A stretch of DNA of 44,082 nt from Pseudomonadota bacterium (GCA_021812315.1 JAKANU010000001.1:1-44082), one strand, 5' to 3'. Positions 8,253 through 17,638 are shown, numbered from the stretch's first letter. The notes: generated from the sequence alone by a model not told the origin. Numbers and translations are program-made.

Positions 8253-8958
8253 ACCCAAACAAGCCTTCCCTTACAAACCCCCCACCGCCGAGATCAGGGC
8301 CCGCTACGCGCATATTTTTGACCTGACCGAGCCGCTGGCGCCCCGGTTTTTCAAGTCTGCGTTTGACAAGCTGTTGGCGGCAGTCGTGTTGCTGGCGGCG
8401 GTGCCGGTTTTTGTGTTGCTCAAGCTGGCGTACTTGGTGGAGGGCTGGTTGCTGCCCGACAACGCCGGGCCGATGTTTTTTTATTACAACGCGGTCAGCG
8501 CCGGGCGCGTCTTCCCCAAATACAAGATGCGCCTGATCAAGATGAAATACATCGAGCCCGAGGGCGCCAGGCGGCACGACTGGATTGCCTTTTCAGCCGA
8601 GTGGACGCCCGAGAGCCGCACCCATGTGGGCGAGTTTGTGAAAAAGTTTTACCTCGACGAATTGCCCCAGTTTTTCAGCGTGCTAAAGGGCGACATGAGC
8701 GTGGTTGGCCCGCGCCCTTTGGCCATATTGCATTACGAGCGCGATAAGGCGCAGGGCAACGTGACCCGGTTTTTGTTGCGCGGCGGCTTGCTCGGGCTGG
8801 GGCACATCAACAAAGGCACGTCAGAGATGGGCAACCCCATTTATGAGTACGAGTACGTTGACCAGTACATCAAACGCACATCCTTCGGGCTGCTGCTGCT
8901 CGATTTGCGGATCATCTGGCGCGGCTTCTTGGTCATCATCAAGGGCGGCGGGCATTGA
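8236..8958 (+). CDS. Monotopic phosphoglycosyl transferase (priming sugar transferase, Bac_transf family)
   Basis: KSAFD followed by a re-entrant helix, and LDELPQFFSVLKGDMSVVGPRP. Other motifs are divergent. Confidence 0.85.
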   Translation: MTQATEPKQAFPYKPPTAEIRARYAHIFDLTEPLAPRFFKSAFDKLLAAVVLLAAVPVFVLLKLAYLVEGWLLPDNAGPMFFYYNAVSAGRVFPKYKMRLIKMKYIEPEGARRHDWIAFSAEWTPESRTHVGEFVKKFYLDELPQFFSVLKGDMSVVGPRPLAILHYERDKAQGNVTRFLLRGGLLGLGHINKGTSEMGNPIYEYEYVDQYIKRTSFGLLLLDLRIIWRGFLVIIKGGGH

Positions 8959-9060
8959 TACCTCACCGGCGGTGCCGGGAACATCGGCAGCCAAACCGCT
9001 GTGGCGCTGGCTGATGCGGCACTGGTGCCGGCCATCCTGGATGAATTTATTAGAGGGTAA
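8959..9060 (+). pseudogene. galE: 5' remnant of a galE gene
   Basis: Reads LTGGAGNIGSQTAVALADAALVPAILDEF, 20/29 aa identical to the N-terminus of the galE at 18414, then stops at 9060. Confidence 0.85.
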
Positions 9061-9078
9061 TGCCCCCAAAAAAGCTTC

Positions 9079-9107
9079 TTGCGTTGCCACAACGCGGCGT
9101 GTATACT
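9079..9107 (+). promoter_or_regulatory. Sigma70-like promoter of the export operon, with an overlapping inverted repeat
   Basis: TTGCGT (9079-84), 17 bp spacer, TATACT (9102-07). Palindrome GCGTTG-CCA-CAACGC at 9081-9095. Confidence 0.55.
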
Positions 9108-9164
9108 GTTTTCGTGCTGCTGGGTGAACGAGCCCGGAAGGCGGCTTTTGGAGGGAATACAGAT

Positions 9165-9614
9165 ATGAAAAAACTTACATTTGCGCTTTTATTGGCTGCG
9201 CTTGGCAGTGGTGGCGCTTTGGCGGCAGACCCGGTCGGTGTCGCCCAGACCGTGCAGGGCATCGTCACGGTAAGCCAGGGCAACACCATGGGCAACCTGG
9301 TCAAAGACCTGAAGATTTTCGACGGCATGCGCTTGGCGGCGGCGTCCACCGGCAGTGCGCTGATCAAGTTGAACAATGGCTGCGAAATCTCGCTAGCTGC
9401 CAACGAGTCCATCCTCATAGACGCCGCGCTTGACTGCAAGGCGCTGGTGGCCAGCATCACAAAGCCGCCGGCTGGCGGCGGACTTGCTGGTGGTGGTGGT
9501 GGCGGCGCCTTTGCCGGTGGCGGCTTTGGCGGCGGTTTGCCCATCGCGCTGGGTGTGGGTTACGGCGCCAGCGTCAGACACTGGACTAAGCGGCCAAACT
9601 CCAGCGGTAGTTGA
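9165..9614 (+). CDS. Small secreted protein: signal peptide, beta-rich (FecR N-terminal-like) domain, Gly-rich linker, hydrophobic stretch, C-terminal Ser
   Basis: GAGGGA RBS. MKKLTFALLLAALGSGGALA|A is a Sec signal. Two Cys. The tail is GGLPIALGVGYGASVRHWTKRPNSSGS*. Confidence 0.8.
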   Translation: MKKLTFALLLAALGSGGALAADPVGVAQTVQGIVTVSQGNTMGNLVKDLKIFDGMRLAAASTGSALIKLNNGCEISLAANESILIDAALDCKALVASITKPPAGGGLAGGGGGGAFAGGGFGGGLPIALGVGYGASVRHWTKRPNSSGS

Positions 9615-10984
9615 CCTTGCAGCGGCTACAGGCAAAGCAGACGGGGCTCTTGGGCCCCGTTTCTTTTGGTGCCGGAGTGCTGCTGCTGGTTCTTGTTCCG
9701 ATCTTTCGTGCGGGTAATCGATATGTGCCGCTGATCGGGCTTGAGTGGCTGGCGCTGTTGGTGCTTTGGCTGCTTGCAATGCGATCTTTGGCTGGCTCGC
9801 CAACGCTGGCCAATCGCCGCGACGTGGCGCCGTTGGGCATCGGCGAATGGCTGCTGGTCTTGTCGCCGCTTTGGGCTGCGCTGCTCTTTCTCACGCCCTT
9901 GCCCATGGCGTTCTGGGCCGGGTTGCCCGGGCACGCCGCATATCCGAGTGCGCCGGGTGTTGGCTGGCGCTCTCTCTCGCTCACACCCGATGCCACTGTT
10001 GCATCTTTGCTGGCGGGCATCTTACCGGTCACTGGGTTCATGCTTGCGCGTACGGCTACTTCAGCACAGTTGCGCACACTCGCCACTGTCTGGGTGCTGC
10101 TGGCTTTGTTGCAGTCCGTTTGGGGATTGCTGCAGGCGGGGCCATTCAAGGAGCTTGGCTTCGGTGTTAGTGTTGATGCCGCTGGCGGGGTGATTGGCAG
10201 CTTTGGTGGTCGCAACAATTTTGCGAACTTCATTGCCATGGCCTTGCCGCTGGCAATATTGATGCTCTGGCGGTCCTTGCCTGGGGTGGGCAGGGCGCAG
10301 TCACGGCGTTCGATGTGGGTTACAGCGCTTTGGTCGCTGGCGCTATTGGTGTTGGCCGCGGCGGTGCTGGCATCGCTTTCGCGAGCTGGCACTGTCGCCG
10401 CGATAGTCGTGTCGTTGCTTACGGTGCTGCTGCTTCTGAACACGGTTGCCAAACCGCACCGCCGTTGGTACGCACTTGGCGCCGCGGTTCTTGTGGTTCT
10501 GGCAGTATTGATAAGCGCCGGGGTGATGACCCTTATTGCGCGCTTTGAGGACGATGCTTTGACGCAGGGAGTGGCGGGCCGTTGGCAACTGACCGAGAGT
10601 AGTTGGCAAGCGGCGCAGGCGTTTTGGCCCACAGGCAGCGGCCCCGGCAGTTTTGCCAACGTTTACCCGCAATTCCAGCCCCCGGGAATGCTGGCTTCGA
10701 TTGAGCATGCGCACAATGACTATGTTGAACTGCTGATGGAGTTTGGTGCCCTGTTTGTTGTGGTTGCGGCGTTGGCCGCCGGCTTGATTGCGCGCCAGGC
10801 TATTTGGTTGTGGCATCAGGCGAGCCGCGTGAGCCGTATGCCGGGTTCGCTGCAGTTGCAATTGTGCTGTGCACTGGGTTTGCTGGCAGTGCTTTTGCAC
10901 AGTTGGGTGGACTACAATTTTCGCATTCCCGCCAACGCCACGCTTGCGGCCTGCCTGCTCGGTGCTTTTTTGCGCCGCAAATGA
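9611..10984 (+). CDS. O-antigen ligase / O-oligosaccharyltransferase family membrane protein (Wzy_C)
   Basis: About 11-12 TM segments, GSFGGRNNFA, SLSRAG, GSGPGSF, HAHNDYVELLMEFG and HSWVDYNFRIPAN. TTGA overlap with the upstream gene. Confidence 0.88.
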   Translation: MTLQRLQAKQTGLLGPVSFGAGVLLLVLVPIFRAGNRYVPLIGLEWLALLVLWLLAMRSLAGSPTLANRRDVAPLGIGEWLLVLSPLWAALLFLTPLPMAFWAGLPGHAAYPSAPGVGWRSLSLTPDATVASLLAGILPVTGFMLARTATSAQLRTLATVWVLLALLQSVWGLLQAGPFKELGFGVSVDAAGGVIGSFGGRNNFANFIAMALPLAILMLWRSLPGVGRAQSRRSMWVTALWSLALLVLAAAVLASLSRAGTVAAIVVSLLTVLLLLNTVAKPHRRWYALGAAVLVVLAVLISAGVMTLIARFEDDALTQGVAGRWQLTESSWQAAQAFWPTGSGPGSFANVYPQFQPPGMLASIEHAHNDYVELLMEFGALFVVVAALAAGLIARQAIWLWHQASRVSRMPGSLQLQLCCALGLLAVLLHSWVDYNFRIPANATLAACLLGAFLRRK

Positions 10985-11028
10985 AATATGATCCCCTCTC
11001 GGACTTTATTGAAGGCAGGGACGGATTG

Positions 11029-11829
11029 ATGATCAGATTTTTGCTCGGTGCGCTGGCTCTGTGGCTGGCCCTGTCGCAGCCGATGTTGGTCTTCGCGCAA
11101 GGCTCCGGCTCTGCCAAGACGCCCGGGATGACATTCACGCAATCACTTGCCCCCGTGAGCGCACCGGCAGCTGAATCAGTGCCCGGGGTGCCGATGACGG
11201 CGGCATCTTCACCAACGGCGGGCCGTGCAGTCCCGCTGGGTACGTTGGCCAGTTTGGGTGCCGACTATCGCATCGGCCCCAATGATTTGCTCGACGTTGA
11301 AGTGTTCGGCGTGCCAGACCTGAAGCGCTCGGTGCGTGTCAATTCGTCGGGCCAGATCTCGCTGGCGCTGGTGGGCAATGTGGTGGTGGCGGGGCTGTCG
11401 GCACAGCAGGCCGAGGAACTGGTTGCCGAAAAATACTCAAAGAACTATTTGCAAGACCCGCAGGTGTCAGTGTTCATTCGCGAGTTCACCACGCAGCGCA
11501 TTACTGTCGAAGGTGCAGTAGCGCGGCCCGGGATTTACCCGGTCACGGGGCAGGTGACGCTGTTGCGTGCCCTGGCGCTGGCTGGCGGCGGCGCGCCGAT
11601 GGCCAACTTGAGCGAGATCATGGTGTTTCGTGACGCACCTGGCGCAGCCCGGGTAACTCAGATCTACGACCTGGAGAAAATTCGTGCTGGGGAACTGCCG
11701 GACCCGCTGGTGCTGGCCGACGATGTGATTGTGGTCAAGCGCGATTCGGCACGTGCCGCGTTGCGCGACTCCTTGTTCCGCGATGTGATTGATTCGATCA
11801 ATCCGTTTTCAGTGCTTGTGCCCCGCTAG
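11029..11829 (+). CDS. wza: Polysaccharide export protein (Wza/OPX family, Poly_export + SLBB)
   Basis: DYRIGPNDLLDVEVF..RVNSSGQISLALVG..YLQDPQVSV..VEGAVARPGIYP. Signal peptide without a lipobox Cys. Start chosen from the RBS; 10981 is possible. Confidence 0.88.
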   Translation: MIRFLLGALALWLALSQPMLVFAQGSGSAKTPGMTFTQSLAPVSAPAAESVPGVPMTAASSPTAGRAVPLGTLASLGADYRIGPNDLLDVEVFGVPDLKRSVRVNSSGQISLALVGNVVVAGLSAQQAEELVAEKYSKNYLQDPQVSVFIREFTTQRITVEGAVARPGIYPVTGQVTLLRALALAGGGAPMANLSEIMVFRDAPGAARVTQIYDLEKIRAGELPDPLVLADDVIVVKRDSARAALRDSLFRDVIDSINPFSVLVPR

Positions 11830-11864
11830 ATTTCGTTGGCCTGTTTGTCCTCCAACACTTACCT

Positions 11865-14279
11865 ATGACTACCTCTGACAATTCTGTTGCCGGACCTGGC
11901 GGGCCGACGGTCCCGGACCAGGGCCCGGTGACTATACCGGCCAACGGTCGCGCTACCGCAGTGCAATTGCGGCAGCAGTCGTTTGCTTTGCAAGCCAACC
12001 TGGCGCGAGCTGAGGCGACGCAGGAATTTGATGATTCTGTCTCCATCCGGGAGCTGTTTCATATCCTCACCCGTTACAAATGGGTGCTGCTGGCCATGGC
12101 TGTTCTTGGCGTCGCGGCGGCTCTGGTGTTTGGCCTGACCAGCACGCCGGTGTATCAGGCCACTGCGGTGCTGCAAATTGACCGTGCTACGCAGCGCGTT
12201 GTCCAGTTTGCCAAGGACATTGACCCGTTTCAGGAAAGCGACACGCTGATTCTGCAGACGCAATACGAGTTGTTGCGCAGCCGTTCGCTGGCCGAGCGCG
12301 TGATTGACGACTTGCGTCTTGATGCGCCAAACGGTGGGGGCGTGGGCGTGGAACCAGGAGCACCTGTCGCGGTAGCGGCGCAAGCCAGTGCCAGCGCTGC
12401 TTCGGCAAGCAAGGTCGGCTGGTGGGACGAACTGGTTGCCGGGTACGACCGGTTGGGCAAGCCATCGGTAAATGATCGTACCGTCTTGGGCCACGAAGAA
12501 GTGCTGCGCCGTTTTATGAAAGCGTTGACGGTCGAACCTGTGCGCAATTCGCGCCTGGTCAAGGTCAAGTTCAAGGACGCAAGCGCTGCGCATGCCGCCC
12601 GTGTCACGAATGCCATTGCCCAAACATTTATTACCCTTGGAATGGAGCGACGTACCCAGTCGTCGGATTACGCCAAGTCGTTCTTGGAAGATCAGATCAA
12701 GGCCACCAAGGCCAAGCTTGAGGCGTCGGAGCGCGCGCTCAACACCTATGCCCGGGAAAATTCGCTGTTGACGCTGGATGAGAAGACCAATGTCATCAAT
12801 CAGACTTACACGGATTATTCGTCGGCAATCGCGGCAGCGGAGCAGGAGCGGGTAAAGGCAGAGTCGATCTATATCGGCGTGGCGGCGAATCCGGCGGGTG
12901 CGACGCAGGTTCTTGAAAACAGGACGGTGCAGGCGTATAAGGAGCAGAGGGCGAAGATCGAGGCCGAATACCTTGCCAACCTTGCCACCTACAAGCCCGA
13001 ATTTCCGAAGATGCAGCAGTTGAGAGCGCAGATCAAGGAAATCGATCAGCTCATCAAGGCGGAGACCGCTTCCGTAGTGGCGTCCATCAAGGGCCACTTT
13101 GACGCGGCAAAGAAGCAGGAAGACCAGTTGCGCGCGCGCCTGCAGGCTACGCGCAAGGAAGTGCTGATCGCGCAGGACAAGAACGTGAACATGAACCTGC
13201 TCAAGCGCGAGGTTGACACGAACCGCCAGTTGTACGACGGGCTGTTGCAACGCATCAAGGAAGTGGGCGTGACCAGTGGCGTCACGTCGAACAACATCTC
13301 GGTGGTGGACAGCGCGACGACGCCCTTGTTCCCGGTTTCGCCCAATTTCTTGCTCAATGCCGGTATTGGTCTGCTGGCGGGTTTGCTGCTTGGCATGGGC
13401 TTTATCGTGCTGCGCGAGCAACTCGACGATTCGGTGCACGACGCCGTCACCATCGAGACCAAGCTTGGGCTGGCGCTGCTGGGGATCATTCCCCTGGTGA
13501 AGAAGAAGGGGCAGCAAACCTTCTTGGCGCTGCTGGCGGTGGAAGACCCGCGCAGCATGTTCTCGGAGGCGTATCGGTCGATGCGCACGGCTTTGCAGTT
13601 CTCGACCGCTGAGGGTGCGCCACGGCGGCTGATGGTGACGAGCAGCGTCAAGGGCGAGGGCAAATCGACCACGGCGCTGGCGCTGTCGATCAATTTTGCG
13701 CAGTTGGGCGAGCGCGTGCTGCTGATTGACGCGGATCTGCGCAATCCATCGCTGCACCGGGCAGTGGCGCGCTCCAACGAGGCCGGCTTGTCGACTTATT
13801 TGTCGGGCGATACGCGGATGGTGGAATTGATCCAGACCGTGGACATCCCGAACCTGGCGGTGATGACGGCTGGCAGGCATCCACCTAACCCGGTGGACCT
13901 GCTGATGGGACCGCGTCTGATGGAACTGTTTGAACGCGCCGAAGCACTGGGCTTTGAACGCATCGTGATCGACGCGCCGCCGATTCTGGGGATTGCGGAC
14001 TCGATCGTGCTGGGCAATCAGGTGCAGAACATTCTGTTTGTGGTGAAGTCGGGCGAAACGCGGCTATCGAGCATCCGCGACGCGCTGCGGCGCTTGCGCC
14101 TGAGTGGCCTCGTGCCCTTGGGTGTGGCGCTGACCCGGGTGGGGAGCACCAGCAGCTACGGCTACTACTACAACTACTACGGCGGATCTTACGGCGATTC
14201 GAAAGCAGCGCCCAAGGCAGATCGCCAACTGACCGGTAGCCCGTCGCGGCGCAAGGAGCCTGCTGGCCAAGCGGCTTGA
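11865..14279 (+). CDS. wzc: Polysaccharide co-polymerase / BY tyrosine kinase Wzc
   Basis: Two TM segments flanking a coiled coil, Walker A GEGKST, LIDADLRNP, VIDAPP, and the C-terminal Tyr cluster SSYGYYYNYYGGSYG. Confidence 0.95.
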   Translation: MTTSDNSVAGPGGPTVPDQGPVTIPANGRATAVQLRQQSFALQANLARAEATQEFDDSVSIRELFHILTRYKWVLLAMAVLGVAAALVFGLTSTPVYQATAVLQIDRATQRVVQFAKDIDPFQESDTLILQTQYELLRSRSLAERVIDDLRLDAPNGGGVGVEPGAPVAVAAQASASAASASKVGWWDELVAGYDRLGKPSVNDRTVLGHEEVLRRFMKALTVEPVRNSRLVKVKFKDASAAHAARVTNAIAQTFITLGMERRTQSSDYAKSFLEDQIKATKAKLEASERALNTYARENSLLTLDEKTNVINQTYTDYSSAIAAAEQERVKAESIYIGVAANPAGATQVLENRTVQAYKEQRAKIEAEYLANLATYKPEFPKMQQLRAQIKEIDQLIKAETASVVASIKGHFDAAKKQEDQLRARLQATRKEVLIAQDKNVNMNLLKREVDTNRQLYDGLLQRIKEVGVTSGVTSNNISVVDSATTPLFPVSPNFLLNAGIGLLAGLLLGMGFIVLREQLDDSVHDAVTIETKLGLALLGIIPLVKKKGQQTFLALLAVEDPRSMFSEAYRSMRTALQFSTAEGAPRRLMVTSSVKGEGKSTTALALSINFAQLGERVLLIDADLRNPSLHRAVARSNEAGLSTYLSGDTRMVELIQTVDIPNLAVMTAGRHPPNPVDLLMGPRLMELFERAEALGFERIVIDAPPILGIADSIVLGNQVQNILFVVKSGETRLSSIRDALRRLRLSGLVPLGVALTRVGSTSSYGYYYNYYGGSYGDSKAAPKADRQLTGSPSRRKEPAGQAA

Positions 14280-15691
14280 GTGCAGGCGCTGATGCCATGG
14301 CTGCGCTCGCTAGCAACAGCTCAGGCAATGCCGGGCAGCATCGTCTGCTGGAGGCACTGTTTGACTTTGAAGCCTTGCCTGGGCGCTACCCGCTGACCTT
14401 GCGCGAGCCGCGCGCGCTGTTTGACCACAGCCACCAGGTGCTCATGCTGGCGGCGGGCCGCCCGGTGAAGGAACTGGAACTGGCTGCGGAGGACGCGGCA
14501 CGGGCGCAGCGCGCTGCCTGCTTCTTTGTGCGCATGGCCATGCTCCGATCCGGCGCCGACCATTACACCTTGCTTGGGCTGCCGCGGGACTTTCAGGCCG
14601 ATACCCTGCGTGATCATTACCGGCTTCTGATGCGGCTGACGCATCCGGACTTTGCTGGCGACGCAAGCCAGTGGCCACGCGATGCTGCGACGCGCATCAA
14701 TCAGGCCAATGATGTGTTAAGTTCGCGCGCACAGCGCGGCGAGTACGACCGGCAACTGGCAAGCGTGGCACCGCGGCCGATGCCAGTCAACAGCCTGGCC
14801 GCCGTGTTGCCCACGCCGCGCAAGCCTCGACCGGTGAAAGTGAAATGGGTTTGGGTAATGGGCACCGGGGCGGCCGGTGCGGTGCTGCTGGGGCTGAGCT
14901 TCATGCTGACCGGGAGCCCGGACGTTGCCGAGACCAGTGAGTTGGCCAGCACGGCGCAAGGCGTGGCGGTACGTGCTGACGAGCCGGTGCCGGCTTCCGT
15001 GCCGGCACAAGCCTCGACCCATGCCCTGCTGCCAACGCTGCGGATAGATCATGATTTGGTAGTCTCTGCGCCGGTGGCCCCGGCAATTCGCCCGGCCAGG
15101 GTGGCGCGGGTCAGGACCGAAGACCCGGCACCGGCGAGCCCGGTTGAACAGGCGCTGGCACCGCGCCGTGTCGAGCCTGCCGCCCCGGACCCTGTGCGGG
15201 CCGAACCAGCGCCAGTGTTGGCGCCTGTGGCCGAGCCGTTGATGGTGGTCGCGCCTGCGGTGGTGGCCCCGACTGTGTCTGTGACACCGGTTGCGACTGC
15301 GGCCGTGCCCGCCAGCAAGCCGGCGCGCCGTCTTAGTCTGGCCGATGCGCAGTCGGCGATGGGTGAGCTGATGCAGGCCATGCAGGCGGGCCGTGGTGAG
15401 GATCTGCTCGCGGCGATGGATCGGGCGCTGCGGCGCAGTGAGGGTGCCATCAATCTGGTCAATGCGTACAACCTGCTGGTGGGCGATTCGCGCGCCGTGC
15501 GCCTGGGGCCGGTGCGGCTGCGTGGCTATCCGGATGCGGACCGTCTGGTGGTTGATGGCACGGTGCAATTGGTGTTGTACGACCAGGGTCAGCCCGCGCC
15601 GGTGCGCGAGTTGCGCTTGCGTGCGCTGTTTGCCCAGCGTGGCGGACAGGTGGTGATGACGGATATTTCTGCCGGAGGGGCGCGGCCATGA
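14276..15691 (+). CDS. Membrane-anchored J-domain (DnaJ-like) protein with Pro/Ala-rich linker and C-terminal domain
   Basis: DHYTLLGL..LRDHYRLLMRLTHPDF..RINQANDVLS..RGEYD is a J domain with intact HPD. TM segment WVWVMGTGAAGAVLLGLSFML. Start codon uncertain. Confidence 0.8.
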   Translation: MSAGADAMAALASNSSGNAGQHRLLEALFDFEALPGRYPLTLREPRALFDHSHQVLMLAAGRPVKELELAAEDAARAQRAACFFVRMAMLRSGADHYTLLGLPRDFQADTLRDHYRLLMRLTHPDFAGDASQWPRDAATRINQANDVLSSRAQRGEYDRQLASVAPRPMPVNSLAAVLPTPRKPRPVKVKWVWVMGTGAAGAVLLGLSFMLTGSPDVAETSELASTAQGVAVRADEPVPASVPAQASTHALLPTLRIDHDLVVSAPVAPAIRPARVARVRTEDPAPASPVEQALAPRRVEPAAPDPVRAEPAPVLAPVAEPLMVVAPAVVAPTVSVTPVATAAVPASKPARRLSLADAQSAMGELMQAMQAGRGEDLLAAMDRALRRSEGAINLVNAYNLLVGDSRAVRLGPVRLRGYPDADRLVVDGTVQLVLYDQGQPAPVRELRLRALFAQRGGQVVMTDISAGGARP

Positions 15692-15695
15692 GCCT

Positions 15696-16847
15696 ATGGG
15701 TTCAGTGAGCATCCGTGTTGCGCTGGGCATCGCGGCCACGGCATTGGCGCTGGCTTTGGGCTGGCTGGCGTGGGGCTACAACCTGGAGCGCGCCTGCACG
15801 CTGGGTCAGTGGCCCGAGTTGCCTTCTTGCGCCAGCCCGACCAACGATGTGCAGGCACAGGCGAGTGCGCTGCGCAAACGCATTGCGCGCAACCCCGGGG
15901 ACTCCGAGGCGTGGATCAATCTGGCGATGCTGGAGCAGGGCGCGGCGCTGGAGATGGCAACGAAGCTGGCCGGGCAGGATTATCGTGTCCAGCGCTTGCA
16001 GGCGGGCCGTGCCATTGAGCGGCAGCAGTGGCCACAGGCCGTCGGTTGGTTGGTGCGGCTGGTGCAGGACAACCGCGACGCCCCGGCCGCGTTGGCGTTG
16101 GCGAAGATGGTGCTCGAGCCCAGCGCGTTGGCGGCGATGATTGCGCAACTTGAAAATGACTCGCGCTGGCTGGAGCCGGTCATCAACTCGATGCCGCAGG
16201 CCCGCGTACCGGTGATCAAGGCGATGCCGCTGGTGGTGCGTGCGCTGGCGCTGAAAGCGGTTCCGCCCGCCCTGTTGCAGCGCCTGTTGACGGGGTTGAA
16301 AGCCGAGGGCCAATGGATGGAGGCGCACGCTTTGTGGCTGGCCTCGCTGGGGCATTCGGTGCCGCTGATATTCAACGGCGATTTTGAGCAGGGCTTCATG
16401 CCTGGCGGCTTTGATTGGGAAGTGCTGCCGGTGCTGCCATCGAGGGCCGGGGCGCTGGTGCATCAGGCCACCGCCAGCGGGCGTGGCGGCGTGCTCGAGG
16501 TTGACTTCACCGGCCGCGCGGTGACCTTGCCGATCGTGCGCCAGTATGTGATGTTGATGGGCAACCGCTATACGCTGAGCGGAGAATTCATGACGATGCG
16601 CTTGCGTACCGAGCAGGGCCTGACCTGGGCGCTGCGCTGCGTGGTGGGTGGCCGCGAAGTGGCGCATACGCCACCGTTGAAGGACACCTCCGGCCAGTGG
16701 CAGCCGATGGAACTTGCGTTTGATGTGCCGGCGGGTTGTGGGCCGGCGCTGGTTCTGCAATTGCAAACGGTGTTGCCCGAGGAGGCGCTTGGCGGCCTGC
16801 GCGGGGAGGTTCGTTTTGACAATCTGCAATTGCAGGTGCGACCATGA
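15696..16847 (+). CDS. Membrane-anchored periplasmic protein, TPR-like helices plus C-terminal CBM_4_9-like beta domain
   Basis: N-terminal TM segment, RNPGDSEAWINLA (TPR-like), and LIFNGDFE...EVRFDNLQL (CBM-like ends). Confidence 0.65.
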   Translation: MGSVSIRVALGIAATALALALGWLAWGYNLERACTLGQWPELPSCASPTNDVQAQASALRKRIARNPGDSEAWINLAMLEQGAALEMATKLAGQDYRVQRLQAGRAIERQQWPQAVGWLVRLVQDNRDAPAALALAKMVLEPSALAAMIAQLENDSRWLEPVINSMPQARVPVIKAMPLVVRALALKAVPPALLQRLLTGLKAEGQWMEAHALWLASLGHSVPLIFNGDFEQGFMPGGFDWEVLPVLPSRAGALVHQATASGRGGVLEVDFTGRAVTLPIVRQYVMLMGNRYTLSGEFMTMRLRTEQGLTWALRCVVGGREVAHTPPLKDTSGQWQPMELAFDVPAGCGPALVLQLQTVLPEEALGGLRGEVRFDNLQLQVRP

Positions 16848-17638
16848 TCGACCTGCATAGTCACATTTTGCCCGGCATCGATGACGGCGCGCCGACGCTG
16901 GAGGTGGCGCTGGAGATGGCACGGCTGGCGGTTGGCGATGGTATTCGGACCATGGCCTGCACGCCGCATATTTATCCCGGGCTGTACATGAACGACGCGC
17001 CGGGCATTGCGACTGCACGTGTGGCGTTGCAACGCGAACTCGACGCACGCGGCATCGGCTTGCAACTGGTCAGCGGTGCCGATGTGCATCTGGTGCCGGG
17101 TTTGCTTGAGGGCCTGCGCGGCGGAACCATACCGACGCTGCATGGCTCGCGCTACCTGTTGCTGGAGCCACCGCACCATGTGGCCCCGCCGCGGTTTGCC
17201 GAATCGGTACGGCAACTGATGATGGCGGACTATGTGCCGGTGATCACGCATCCGGAGCGGCTGAGCTGGATCGAAACGCATTACAAGGTTTTTGTCGAAC
17301 TCGTCGGCCAGGGTGCCTGGATGCAGGTGACAGCCGGTGCCGTGGCAGGGCATTTTGGGCAACGCCCGCGGTATTGGGGCGAGAAGTTTCTGGGCGAGGG
17401 CCACACGCATATTCTCGCCACCGACGCGCACGCGAGTTCCGGGCGAATTCCCTGCTTGTCGCAAGGGCGCGTGGTGGCCGAGCGGCTGCTCGGTGCCGAC
17501 GAGGCGCGCCGGCTGGTGCAGGAACGTCCGCAGGCGATTGTGGACAATCTTGCCCCCAACGCCTGCCCCCTACCGCCCCGAAGTGAAGCACCGCGCAGTT
17601 GGTGGCAAAGGCTGTGGCCAGGCCGGGGCGAGGCGTGA
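16844..17638 (+). CDS. PHP-family protein tyrosine phosphatase (CpsB/CapC/YwqE type)
   Basis: MIDLHSHILPGIDDGA, CTPH, ITHPER and ATDAH metal-binding motifs. Confidence 0.93.
   Translation: MIDLHSHILPGIDDGAPTLEVALEMARLAVGDGIRTMACTPHIYPGLYMNDAPGIATARVALQRELDARGIGLQLVSGADVHLVPGLLEGLRGGTIPTLHGSRYLLLEPPHHVAPPRFAESVRQLMMADYVPVITHPERLSWIETHYKVFVELVGQGAWMQVTAGAVAGHFGQRPRYWGEKFLGEGHTHILATDAHASSGRIPCLSQGRVVAERLLGADEARRLVQERPQAIVDNLAPNACPLPPRSEAPRSWWQRLWPGRGEA

Noticed and set aside
8236-9060. Stop-codon readthrough fusing the sugar transferase to the in-frame GalE-like peptide
   Set aside because: The peptide is only 33 codons and has lost conserved residues. A decayed galE start explains it without readthrough.
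9450-9614. PEP-CTERM or GlyGly-CTERM sorting signal on the small secreted protein
   Set aside because: There is no PEP motif and no exosortase in the window, and the hydrophobic stretch is short and followed by a Ser-rich tail rather than ending in basic residues.
11859-13880. Long antisense ORFs (673 aa here; also 1383-3020, 29957-31774, 36243-37937 and 41033-42517)
   Set aside because: They lie opposite well-supported genes and have no motifs. They are shadow ORFs expected from high GC3 codon bias.
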